From Octopus bimaculoides (Eukaryota), in NCBI RefSeq assembly GCF_001194135.2, contig NC_068984.1:140916003-140979952 (forward strand): 63,950 bases of DNA, given 5' to 3'. The position numbers and the translations under genes were made by a program. The notes under the pieces were generated by a model, which searched no databases, was not told the origin of the DNA, and saw only the letters and a list, made by a program, of their open reading frames with translations. How positions within the stretch are numbered: position 1 is the stretch's first letter; each line of letters starts with the position of its first letter. Positions 38,915-51,056 of this stretch are shown piece by piece.

Positions 38915-39370
38915 TATAAAAACACATGGTGAAGTTAAGTAAGATTCAAGATTCAGGTAAAAACCTTGTAGAATGCTGTGCAAAGGTTGTCCACAGTTAT
39001 TGGCTACCTGATGTCATCATACAGTGGAAATACTCTTGCTGCTGGATATACATCAGGAATTTCACAGTATCCGTAGAAGTTATATAAATAGACAAATGAT
39101 AGAAAATGGAATTAATGACATTCTTTATTTAAAATCACTACAACTGTTTCAATGCACTCTTACACCTGTAGTTCACTGGTAAGATGCTATGTAATCCTCT
39201 TCTTACATCAAAGGTGTAAAATGCACCTCCTCAGGTGATTAGTTAAATAAGTTCTTTATTAGATTCTCTTGCCATTTCACAATGCCTACCGAAAGTTATG
39301 TGACATTCTCAACATTTGGTTTATCTTATGGTTTACAGACAAATGCAATGGTAGCCAATATAAATATCAT
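38915..39370 (-). mobile_element. Hammerhead-bearing, probably Penelope-like fragment next to (TA)n
   Basis: Starts after (TA)n, contains the hammerhead at 39134-39239 and a short inverted pair TATTGGCTACC/GGTAGCCAATA. Boundaries approximate. Confidence 0.45.
39134..39239 (-). ncRNA. Minimal type-I hammerhead ribozyme motif, canonical core, long stem II
   Basis: Minus strand AUCAC-CUGAGGA-[GGUGCAUUUUACACCU...AGGUGUAAGAGUGCAUU]-GAAAC(AGUU)GUA^-GUGAU. Stem I extends further (CUUAUUUAA/UUAAAUAAAG), and ACAGUUGU is self-complementary with G.U pairs. Confidence 0.8.
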
Positions 39371-39880
39371 GATCATCATCATCATTTAATGCTTGTTGTC
39401 CATGCTGGCATGGGTTGGATGGTTTGACCTGGGATGATAGGCTGCACCAGACTTCAGTCTGATTTAGAAGGATTTCTATGGCTGGACACCCTTCCTAATG
39501 CCAACCATTCCGAAAGTGTAATGGTTGCTTTTACCGGCATGGGTACCAGTTGTGTTGACACCAGTTTCTGCCATGATTATGATTTCACTTGGCTTGATGG
39601 GTCTTCTACTCAAGCATAGCATATTGTCAATTGTCATTACTTCCATGAGGCCCAATGCTTGAAAGGTGCTTTTTATGTGCCACTGGTACAAGCGCCAGTT
39701 AGTACCTTGTTTATCATTTTGTCCATGTTCTTTTGCCACGTCATGTACCCAGTTATGTATCTATGTGTACATGTAGATGAAGGTATGTACATACATGTAC
39801 ATATATATGCATATACTAACATATTGGTTATATATATNNNNNNNNNNNNNNNNNNNNNNNNNNNNNNNNNNNNNNNNNNN

Positions 39881-39917
<37 letters not shown>

Positions 39918-41270
39918 GTTTGTAGTGTGTAGTGTGCTGAAGAAGATATGTCCAATGCATTCAAGCTAAGACAAAAATGGATGTGAAAATAATGCCTAGC
40001 TGTGGGGTTAACAATTTCATATTGGAACCCGTGGTTTTAGGTTCAATCTATATAGTCGCCTCTTGGGCAGATGTCCTCTTCTGTCCCCCAAAGCCTTGTG
40101 ACTGAAAATGGCAGATGGAAACCGCATGTGTATGTGTGTGTGTGTGTAGCTTACATACATGCAGTTTACTAAGAAAAACTGTCAGCTAAAGGTGATTTTT
40201 ACCTTACTCAGAGCACAGTATTAAGTACCCAGCCACTCCTGGTGTCCTACTTGTTGATATGCCCAGATTCTAATGAATCTACTAACTAGTCTATTTACCT
40301 TNNNNNNNNNNATATATATATATAAATATACATACACACCTATATTTATAAATAGGTGTGTATGTATATATGTATATATACATCTGTTGGTCTGTCTGTG
40401 CATATGGGTGTACACATTTATACATCTAAATATATATAATACAACTACGTAATAGTTGTCTAACCAAGTGTGTGGTTGCCAGAAATTTCTCCACAAAAGA
40501 TCAAATACTTTGTCTGCCGGTGCACTCAGCTATACTCATGCATGTACATGTGTGGATATATGTGTGTGTGTGTGTGTGAGCATGCATGTATGTGTGTGTG
40601 TAAATACTTTACTGTCAGAATTTCACCTACATCTGGAATGTCTTTCCCCTCCACATTTTTTGTTATGTTGTTGGAATTTCAGAGGTCTGTGTAGTTCCAT
40701 AGGACTAAATTATATATATATNNNNNNNNNNNNNNNNNNNNNNNNNNNNNNNNNNNNNNNNNNNNNNNNNNNNNNNNNNNNNNNNNNNNNNNNNNNNNNN
40801 NNNNNNNNNNNNNNNNNNNNNNNNNNNNNNNNNNNNNNNNNNNNNNNNNNNNNNNNNNNNNNNNNNNNNNNNNNNNNNNNNNNNNNNNNNNNNNNNNNNN
40901 NNNNNNNNNNNNNNNNNNNNNNNNNNNNNNNNNNNNNNNNNNNNNNNNNNNNNNNNNNNNNNNNNNNNNNNNNNNNNNNNNNNNNNNNNNNNNNNNNNNN
41001 NNNNNNNNNNNNNNNNNNNNNNNNNNNNNNNNNNNNNNNNNNNNNNNNNNNNNNNNNNNNNNNNNNNNNNNNNNNNNNNNNNNNNNNNNNNNNNNNNNNN
41101 NNNTATACTATGGACTTCTTTCAGTTTCCATCTACCAAATCCACTCACAAGGCTTTGGTCTGCCCAAGGCTATATTAGAAGATACTTGTCCAAGGTGCCA
41201 TGCTGTGGGACTGTACCCAGATTCATATAGTTGGGAACCAAGCTTTTTACCACACAGCCACTCCCGCGTG

Positions 41271-41311
<41 letters not shown>

Positions 41312-42368
41312 TACATTAGAAACGAACTTCAATCTTGCTTGCTTGCTTGAAATGTTACACAGCCAAACGGGCATATAATGGGAAAATATTTTGAAAGTAA
41401 AGTGCCCCTGAAATATGAATACAAACAGTATAAAATAAGTTTGGCGTAAATGAGACCAGTGATTAATGAGATATTCAGTGTTTGGGGGTACAAATCATCA
41501 TCATCATCATCATCGTTTAACGTCCGCTTTCCATGCTAGCATGGGTTGGACGATTTGACTGAGGACTGGTGAAACCGGATGGCAACACCAGGCTCCAGTC
41601 TGATTTGGCAGAGTTTCTACAGCTGGATGCCCTTCCTAACGCCAACCACTCCTAAAATAATGTGTCTAATGGAAAGGTTAGAGTTTCTACCCTGTCAGTG
41701 TTAAGTGAAGATGACTTTAAAAATACAGTAAATATTTCGTAAAAGACCTGTTCGCATCCTCGGTGTGAAATAATTTTTTTCCATAAGTTTCTTTCGAGTG
41801 CATCAACATATCTCATCTCCAAAGATTTGGCTGCTATTTCTAGCACGCCCTGCTACCACGCAACAGCTATTTGTGGTAAAGGACTCGAAATACTTGTTAC
41901 ATGGTAGCAGGGCGTGCAAAAAATAGCAGCCAAATCATTCCTTTTCTGGAGAAAGGATCCATTTACATGTAATTTTGATGTCACATTCATTGAAAGCATG
42001 TGAAACAACCTGGAAACAGAAAAAAAACCCCCACGAAACAAAACTCCCTTGCTGGGAAACTCAGACTTTCCCGGTAATCTAATGGGTCACAGGTAGTCTA
42101 GACACGTATATACTCTATATATACTCTGTATATACATAAATATATACATGCATGTGCATGTAAGTGTGTATCTTTTTATAATGGGTGCAGTCATGGCTAT
42201 GTGGTTAAAAAGTTTGCTTTGCAACCATATGGTTCTGGGTTCAGTCCTTCTGTGCTGCAGCTTGGGCAAGTGTCTTCTATCATAGACCCAGGCCAACCAA
42301 TGCCTTGTGAGTGAGTGAATTGGGTAAACGGAAACTGTGTTGAAGCTCATCATATATGTGTATGAGTG

Positions 42369-42409
<41 letters not shown>

Positions 42410-43298
42410 CTGTTTGTGATTGTGTTTGACCCCCTTCCATGCTAGCAAAACTAAGCACCAGGGTGGATGCAACCAACTAACTCCCTCCCCACAAAATTTC
42501 AGGCCTTGTGCCTTTGGTAGAAAGAATTAGTATTATTATTAATGAAAGTATACAGTATAACTGATCCATTACAGTCAATGATAGCAGTAGGTATCACACA
42601 AGATATTAGATAACTGGGCAGTTATCTAATACACATGTTCTTCAGGGATGTCAGGTATGGAAACAATATGGTGACATGTGGTTTGTTGGGGCTGTGTCAA
42701 AGACAAAATGAAGTCACATGAAACAATGAAGTGAGAGCGTTATCTCGAATTAAGTCTTTTGGCTCACTTGGGCATTGTACCCTGGCTGAAATTCCATAAA
42801 TGCTTTATTTCTTTCCAAGGTAAATTTAAGGTAAATATCCATAGATTTAAGACTTCTGATAGGACCTTGCTTTTTTCAGACAAAACTAAGAATTTGTGAA
42901 GAGTGGGTAAAGATACATATGCACAGCTCTTTAATAACAGCCTCACACAAGTTTCCATGAAGGTAACCCCTCAAGCTTTTAACCATGAGGCCAGAGAAAT
43001 AACTTTGAGACTAGGTGTTGGGGATAAGATTGAAACACTAGCAAAAAGAGAGACCTAGATAACAATCAAAGCCCATAAAACAAAAATTTACTTCTATCAT
43101 CATCATCATCGTCCGCTTTCCATGCTGGCATGGGTTGGACGGTTTGACTATTACTTTTGCTACACACCACCACTCACATACCACTATCACCACTACTGTC
43201 CCTGCACAAAGGATCTGATATGTGGTTGCTTGACCTGCTAGAGGTAGCAGCCAAATCTTTAAAACTCACAACACCATCTTAAAAAAGTAAACATAGAT

Positions 43299-43810
43299 GG
43301 AGGAGTGGCTGTGTGGTAAGTAGCTTGGTTACCAACCACATGGTTCCAGGTTCAGTCCCACTGCGTGGCACCTTGGGCAAGTATCTTCTACTATAGCCTC
43401 GGACCGACCAAAGCCTTGTGAATGGATTTGGTAGATGGAAACTGAAAGAAGCCCATCGTATATATGTACATATNNNNNNNNNNNNNNNNNNNNNNNNNNN
43501 NNNNNNNNNNNNNNNNNNNNNNNNNNNNNNNNNNNNNNNNNNNNNNNNNNNNNNNNNNNNNNNNNNNNNNNNNNNNCCCCACAACATCGCTTGACAACTG
43601 ATGCTGGTGTGTTTACGTCCCCGTAACTTAGCAGCTCGGCAAAACGAACCGATAGAATAAGTACTAGGCTTACAAACAATATGACCGCAGCATGACCGCA
43701 GCCACTTGGCTGAAACACATAAATAAATAAATAAGTCATGAGGTCGATTTTCTCAACAAAAGGCGGTGCTCCAGCATGGCCACAGTCAAATGACTGAAAC
43801 AAGTAAAAGA
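43299..43810 (+). mobile_element. tRNA-derived SINE family B with internal (TA)n/(TG)n array
   Basis: GGAGTGGCTGTGTGGTAAG...GGTTCAGTCCC head, internal microsatellite (here a gap), and AATGACTGAAACAAGTAAAAGA tail. Copies near 3951, 13825, 26175, 31905, 41105, 42180, 46280-47165, 47590, 48240, 51420, 54885. Confidence 0.85.
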
Positions 43811-44286
43811 ACAAAAGAATAGGATTATGTGAGAAAAGAAAAAAAAAAAGAAAAGATGCTCTTTCATGTTTGGAATGACTTTAATCATAGGTCTCCTCTG
43901 TGAGAGCTGGCCTGGGGCTAAACGGCAACCATTGCCACCATCTTTGTTATCCTTCTTACTGCCACCACCACCACCACCACATCTGTTTCCAAGAATGGAA
44001 TTCTAGGCAAAATGTCTTTGTATTCTTTGCTGATTAATCTCTGTTGTATTCTAACTTTGTTATTTCTCCGGTGGCAGGGGTGGTAGTTGTGGTGTTGTGG
44101 TGTTGTGGTTGTGTTGTAGCGGGTAATGCTGTGATGGTGATTGTTGTTTGTGGGCTGGTGTCAGTAACACCACTACAAAGGCTGTTATTAGCAACCGTTA
44201 ACAGGAGAGATTAAATAGCAGCTAAATCTCCATGAAATACTATACTGTTGTCTTAAAGAGAGAAGGACACGTCAGATGTTGTAGTC

Positions 44287-44528
44287 CAGTGATCCTCAAC
44301 CATTTTCCCCTAAGGACCCTTTTAATTCCAATCCTACACTATTGGATCTTTGTAACCGTTTGAAGTTTTAAAAAAACCCATTATATTTTTATAACGAAAT
44401 ATTATTAGGAAATGTATAAAATAATTAAAAAGATATTTTGTATATCGTAGAAGTACAACCAGGTAAATTCGAACAAGATTTTATATGGATCCCAAAGGGT
44501 CATGTAGACCCCCAGTTGAGAACCACTG
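44287..44528. mobile_element. hAT (Charlie-type) MITE
   Basis: TIRs CAGTGATCCTCAAC / GTTGAGAACCACTG; perfect 8-bp TSD TTGTAGTC. Confidence 0.9.
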
Positions 44529-45199
44529 TTGTAGTCTTAGGTACTGTACTGGCATAAAAGACGGGATGGTCACGCTTGGATTAACTTTGATTATAGGTCT
44601 GTTTGAGGAGGGCTGATCTGGAGTTAAACAACCACCACCGCCATCTTTTACATAGTGATGTGATTGTAGATGTGGAGGGGGGGGTCCATACCTTCCCCAC
44701 GACTCCACCTCCACCCCTCCACATGCTTCCATCTTTCACCCCCAGCCCCCATGGTCACTACCATCGTCTCCGATGACACTCGACACTCTTCTACTCTGTC
44801 TCCACGACCTACCTACCATCTATGGCATACCACTTTCTCGTCTGGGTGCAGTGGGGCACCAATGGTGGTGGCGGCGGCGGTGGTGGCAGCGGCGGTGGTG
44901 GCAGCGGCGTGGTGATGTTGAGGATTGAGAGTCAAGCGAGACAGCAGTAGCAGCTGTGCACTTGATCCATCTGTGATATCAAAAAAGGATGAAGGCGTTG
45001 TTTGGTGGAGAGGAAGAGGAGGAAGAAATAAATAAATTAGAACAAGATTCCATTGGGATGAGAAATTCTCGCAGCTGCTGCTGCTGTCGCCGCCGCCGCC
45101 CCCCGTCTCTGTTTCACTTCTTCCTCCCACTCCTCCTCATTGTTACTCCTTCTTCCTCCCTCTTCCTACCCCTCTCTCTTTCTGCCTCTTTTCTGCTTT

Positions 45200-45710
45200 A
45201 AAACTCTCTCTGTTCTCTCTGTTTCACTCTCTCTCTCTTACTCTTTCTCTCTCTCTTTTATCTGTCTGTCTGTCTCTCTCTCTTTCATCGGTCTGTCTGT
45301 CTGTCTCTGTCTCTTTTATCTGTCTGTCTGTCTGTCTCTCTCTCTTTTATCTGTCTGTCTCTCTTTCTTTTACCTGTCTGTCTGTCTGTCTCTCTCTCTT
45401 TTATCTGTCTGTCTCTCTCTCTTTTATCTGTCTGTCTCTCTCTCTTTTATCTGTCTGTCTGTCTGNNNNNNNNNNNNNNNNNNNNNNNNNNNNATCTGTC
45501 TGTCTCTCTTTCTTTTACCTGTCTGTCTGTCTGTCTCTCTCTCTTTTATCTGTCTGTCTCTCTCTCTTTTATCTGTCTGTCTCTCTCTCTTTTATCTGTC
45601 TGTCTGTCTGTCTGTCTCTCTTTTATCTGTCTGTCTGTCTGTCTCTCTTTCATCGGTCTGTCTGTCTGTCTCTCTCTCTTTTATCTGTCTGTCTCTTTCT
45701 CTCTCTTACA
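45200..45710. repeat. Compound (TCTG)/(CT) minisatellite, ~25-bp TCTCTCTTTTATCTGTCTG units
   Basis: Directly visible tandem higher-order repeat. Confidence 0.85.
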
Positions 45711-48700
45711 CACACACACAGAGTCTGTCATTGTGCCACCATTGCCACCCTCACCCTACCCCCCAATCCACCACTGACAACCTTGAAAAAAAAAAAATCA
45801 TTGTTTCTGTTATATTGCATCTTGAAGCAAATTCCACAAGCCACCACCACCCTCACCACCACACTAATAACAACATTTCTACCACAACTTCCACTCTACA
45901 TCGCCACCATCACCACCACTACCATCTTACTACACCATTTTAGTCTTGCATCCTGAAGAGCAATATCGTAGAATTAACAATTGCAATAGTCAGCAGTGGT
46001 GGTCACTATAGTAGTAATGGTAGTGGCGGTGGCGGTGGTGGTGGTGGTGGTGGACTGGTGCATCCTTTAACAGACCAGGGTGACTATTGCCAATGACATG
46101 ACAACAATGCTTAAAGAATTCCCACCTCCCTCTTCTGGCTGGCTTCAATGTCAGTAAACCTAGGGTAGAGGAGGAGGAGGAGGAGGAGAGGCACATTGGT
46201 TTGGTGTGTGTGTGTGTGTGTTGGCCTTATATGGTGCAGAACCATCTGTTATGTGAAACATTCATACAGACTTACCTACACGCAGGCACAAGTGTGACTG
46301 TGTGGTAAGAAGCTGTCTTCCCAACCACATGGTTCTGGGTTCAGTCCCACTGCATGGCATCTTGGGCCGACTAAAGCCTTGTGAGTAGATTTGGTAGATG
46401 GAAACTGAAGGAAGCCCATTGTGTATATGTATTTATATATNNNNNNNNNNNNNNNNNNNNNNNNNNNNNNNNNNNNNNNNNNNNNNNNNNNNNNNNNNNN
46501 NNNNNNNNNNNNNNNNNNNNNNNNATATATATATATATATATATATAATATATATATGTAGCCACAGGAGTGGATGTGTAGTAAGAAGCTTGCTTCCCAA
46601 CCACATGGTTCTGGGTTCAGTCCCACTGCATAGCACCTTGGGCAAGCGTGTCTTATACTATAGCCTTGGATCGACTAAAGCCTTGGGTCGACTAAAGCCT
46701 TGTCAGTACATAAATATATATATATATTTATGTGCGTGTGTGTGTGTTTGTCCCCCCACCATCACTTGACAACCGATGTTGGTGGGTTTACATCCCCGAA
46801 ACTTAACAGTTCGGCAAAAGATACCGATAGAATAAGTACTAGGTTTACAAAGAATAAGTCCCGGGGTCGATTTGTTTGACTAAAGGTGGTGCTCCAGCAT
46901 GGCCACAGTCTAATGACTGAAACGAATAAAAGAATATGTGTGTATATATCTATGTGTGTGTGTGTGTGTCTTTGTGTCTGTGTTTGTCCCCCTATTGCTA
47001 CTTGACAACTGGTGCATGTGTGATTACGTACCTGTAACTTAGCGGTTCGGCGAAAGAGACCGATAAAATAAGTACTAGTCTTGAAAATTACGCCCTGGAG
47101 TCGATTTGCTTGACTAAAAGAAAGACCTTGAAGGTGATGCTCCAGTCAAATGGCTGAAACAGGTAAAAGCATGAACGAACATAAGTACACAGGTATGGCA
47201 ATATGAACAAGCCAAAAGACAATGTGTGTGTGTGTGTGCGTGTGTGTGTGATGTGGGTAAAGATATGGTCATTGAATATAAACCAGTGAACCCCTTCAAT
47301 GCAGGGACCATCGCTGACCCCTTGTCCGCAACCCACCTGAGACCATCTCTGGTTCCATGTCAGAGATTATCCTTGTTATCATCAACCAGCTTATGGGTGT
47401 GTGTGTTCATAGTTGATATGTGACTGCTCAAACGGCTGGAGATGATAGTCAAATCTCCCTCCAATTGAATCGTATAAGAATATGGTGGGTATAAACCTCC
47501 TTCCATTCAGTCCCACCCACCCATTCCTACACCCATCTCAATATCTATCTATCTGTCTGTCTGTCTGTCTGTCTGTCTGAATATTCTTTTACTCTTTTAC
47601 TTGTTTCAGTCATTTGACTGTGGCCATGCTGGAGCACTGCCTTCTAGTCAAACAAATCGACCCCAGGACTTATTCTTTGTAAGTCTATTCTATCAGTGTC
47701 TTTTGCCGAACCGTTAATTTTTTACAATAGCAGAGTTTGTGGGGTTTGAGGGAGTAAATGCCCTTGACTGGTCTAAGCGGAAATTTAGCATTTTTCTAGT
47801 AAAAGTATATAGCAAGATTTTAGGCCTCAGGCATTTTCAATTTCCGCATTTTTTTATTTTCACTCCACCCTACTACACATGTGGTCTATATATCTACATG
47901 TGGCGCTACATAGTAACTCTGTTGTCTTACTGAGACAGTCTATGTCAATGTCACACTAGACACACTGTACAGGCTATCTAGGTTTATGTATTATGTGTCC
48001 TAATTCTAGTATGGAGAGTGTTGCAGCTGTGGTGGAGGTGAATAGCTTAGTGGTTAGGGTGTTAGACTTGTGATTGTAAGGTTGTGGTTTCGATTCCTGG
48101 ACTGGGTGGTGCATTGTGTTCTTGAGCAAAACACTTCATTTCATGCCGTTCTAGTCAACTCAGCTGGTGAAAATGAGTAATCCTGCGATGGACTGACATC
48201 ACATCCAAGGAGAAGGAATATATATATATATATGTATATAGGTGCAGGAGTGGTTGTGTGGTAAGTAGCTTGCTTACCAACCACATAGTTCCAGGTTCGG
48301 TCCCACCGCATGGTACCTTGGGTGAGTGTCTTCTACTATAGTCTCGGGCTGACCAGATCCTTGTGAGTGGATTTGGTAGACGGAAATTCTGTGTATGTGT
48401 GTGTGTGTGTGCTTGTGTGTGTGTCTGTGTTTGTTCCCCACCATTGCTTGACAACTGATGCTGGTGTGTCTACGTCCCCGTAACTTAGCGGTTCAGCAAA
48501 AGAGGTCGATAGAATAAGTACCGGGCTTACTTATATAAGTAAGAATAAGTCCTGGTAGTGGGAGTCGATTTGTTCGACTAAAGGCGGTGCTCCAGCATGG
48601 CTGTGGTCAAATGACTGAAACAAAAAAAGAGTGAATGAGTACAACCATGAGTACTCCTTATGGAGTAAAATGGACTAACTTAATCCACTGCAGCTGTGAT

Positions 48701-48751
48701 GTCCAGACAACCTAGTTTGGTCAACCATAACAGAGAATATTGGGTTATGGA

Positions 48752-48979
48752 AAAGCGGGAAGCTGGCAGAATCGTTAGCACGCCGGGTGAAACGCTTAGC
48801 GGTATTTCGTCTACCGTTCTGAGTTCAAATTCTGCCGAGGTCGACTTTGCCTTTCATCCTTTCGGGGTCGATTAAATAAGTACCAGTTACGCACTGGGGT
48901 CGATGTAGTCGACCTTAACCCTTTGCCTGTCCTTGTTTGTCCCCTCTATGTTTAGCCCCCTGTGGGTAATAAAGAAATA
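48752..48979 (+). mobile_element. tRNA-derived SINE family A with 16-bp TSD
   Basis: GCTGGCAGAATCGTTAGC...GAGTTCAAATTC...AATAAAGAAATA; TSD AATATTGGGTTATGGA (48736-48751 / 48980-48995). Confidence 0.9.
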
Positions 48980-50406
48980 AATATTGGGTTATGGACGTGG
49001 CTAGTTGATGGTATCATTTATACTAGTACTGCTGTGTATCTCTCACAGATTAATACACACACACACACACACACGCTTGTTCTCTCTGTCTCCTTCACTC
49101 ACACACACACACTATTTTATACAACTTCTAGTACTTTTAAACTTATATTTATTCTGATTTTTTTTCTTCCTCGTCCCCCCCCACAATAACTCCCCCCACC
49201 ACTACCATCACCCAGTAACTATGATGTCATTGTTACGCTAATATTGTTATTGTGTTACATGTTTTTGTTGTTTGTTTCTTTTTTTTTTACCTGCTGATTA
49301 AACCTATTTAACTTGTGGCTACCAGTTCAATGTCACAGAGTTTGGCTGTTCTGTTGAATAAAGCTTCTGAATGTAAATGATCGCGTGCAACTACTGCTTT
49401 ATTTAGACAAACTTAACACAACAGAGAACAATAGTGTCATTGTTGGGTTAATAACAGGGAACTTTTACTTGGTGACCTTAAATATCAAAGAGACTTGGTG
49501 GCAATGATTGATGCCACAGCAAGAATTGAACATCTTCCAGACATTATTCATCCTCATTTAAAATCTGTCTTCCATGCTGGCATGGGTTGGACTGTTTGAC
49601 AGGAGCTGTCCTAAGCTCCACTGTATGTTTTGGCATGGTTTTTATGGCTAGATGCCCTTCCTAACACCAACTACTTTACAAAGTGTAAGAAATAAAATAA
49701 ATGCGCCCTTTTTAAAGCCTAGCCAGGCTCATGGTCCCGGTTTCCTGGTTTCAGTGGCATGTGTGTTCCCCAGCTGGACGGGACGCCAGTCCATCACAGC
49801 GTTACTCATTTTTGCCAGCTGAGTGGACTGGAACAATGTGAAGAACACAATGCGTCACTCGGTCCAGGAATTGAAACCACAATCTTACAATCATGGTGCT
49901 GACACCCTAACCACTAGGCCACGTGCCTCCACACTTTATAAAATGTACTGGATGTTCAATATATTTAACAGTGTGACATACATAGACCAAGATAGACATA
50001 GATCAAAAGGCACAGAAGAAGGTGTATTGTGGCTGTTGATAGGAACAAGGATTAATCTGGTTCTAAATGTCACCGCTTTAGGGCTTAACAACTACCATTT
50101 AAATGTGCTGCTGTGGTGAAGTGTCTTAAACTCAGAAAGAGAATCACTTTCAGGAGAGATGTAGGTCTATAATAAAAAAGGGTTGAAGACGTTTATGAAA
50201 GAATTGAAAAAGTTACTGCAAGTGTTCATGAAATTCACCTTAAAATACTATAAAGGTTAATGTTAACGTTAAGATAAATGTGGACATTGTGCCTTAAGAT
50301 ATATGTAGACACTTGATGTCAGAGAACTATAATACTTAAGAACTGCTGGATGGATGCAAATAAACTAAAATTTATAAAAAAAAACAAAAACTGTGTGATA
50401 TTTTAA

Positions 50407-50610
50407 CCCTTTCATTACTGCATTTATTTTGAGATGCTCTGTGTTTCTTTCAATTAATTTTAAATATAACAAAGAATTTAGTAAAATAACTTAGTCATCA
50501 TTAAGCTACAGTTAGGAACATAAATTGTGACTAAGGTTTGGTGGAAGATTTTAATTCGAAACTTATGAAAACAAGACATTTGTACGCAGCCGGGGTTGGT
50601 ATCAAAAGGG
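50407..50610. mobile_element. piggyBac-type MITE (second copy)
   Basis: TTAA|CCCTTTC...AAAAGGG|TTAA; same internal sequence as 24511-24730, inverted. Confidence 0.85.
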
Positions 50611-50770
50611 TTAAGTAGATATAATTCAGTGGAAAATTTGAGAATGTTTTATGCATTAATCGAAACTGATAAAGGAAAAGATGTTTTGAGCATTTTTGTT
50701 GCTGAATGTGTGAAAAAAATAAATCATGGTTTGCTTGTGATGGCGCTTGATAATTCAGCCTTAATAAAGT

Positions 50771-51000
50771 CCGTGCACCAGAAGTTGGCTATCAGGATAC
50801 TACATCCTTCAAAACTTCCATGCTTCCCGAAATTCATTAACAATACACCCAGTGTTCTTGCCCCGTGTTCTTGTTTTTCAAACAACTCATTCATTGTTCA
50901 CTTCCTGTGCATCATTCTATGTTCTGTTTATGCAATTTTGGCCACTTTGTCCTGATGAGTTGTAGTGCACTTGAGCACTGTAAACAATAAGCTCATCATC
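50771..51000 (+). mobile_element. CR1/L2-type LINE 3' end (same family)
   Basis: Homologous to 34950-35165; ends GCACTGTAAACAATAAGCT(CAT)n. Confidence 0.8.
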
Positions 51001-51004
51001 ATCA

Positions 51005-51056
<52 letters not shown>

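Noticed and set aside
42580-42652. Minus-strand CTGAAGA + long hairpin + GATA
   Set aside because: A14 is altered, and there is no valid UH site or stem I partner.
45950-46000. CTGAAGA-GCAAT...ATTGC-AATAGTC
   Set aside because: No GAAA and no stem I; too degenerate to call.
50945-50990. CTGATGA followed by a hairpin in the CR1/L2 tail (also 34965-35000)
   Set aside because: No GAAA/UH; it is better explained as the LINE 3' recognition stem-loop.
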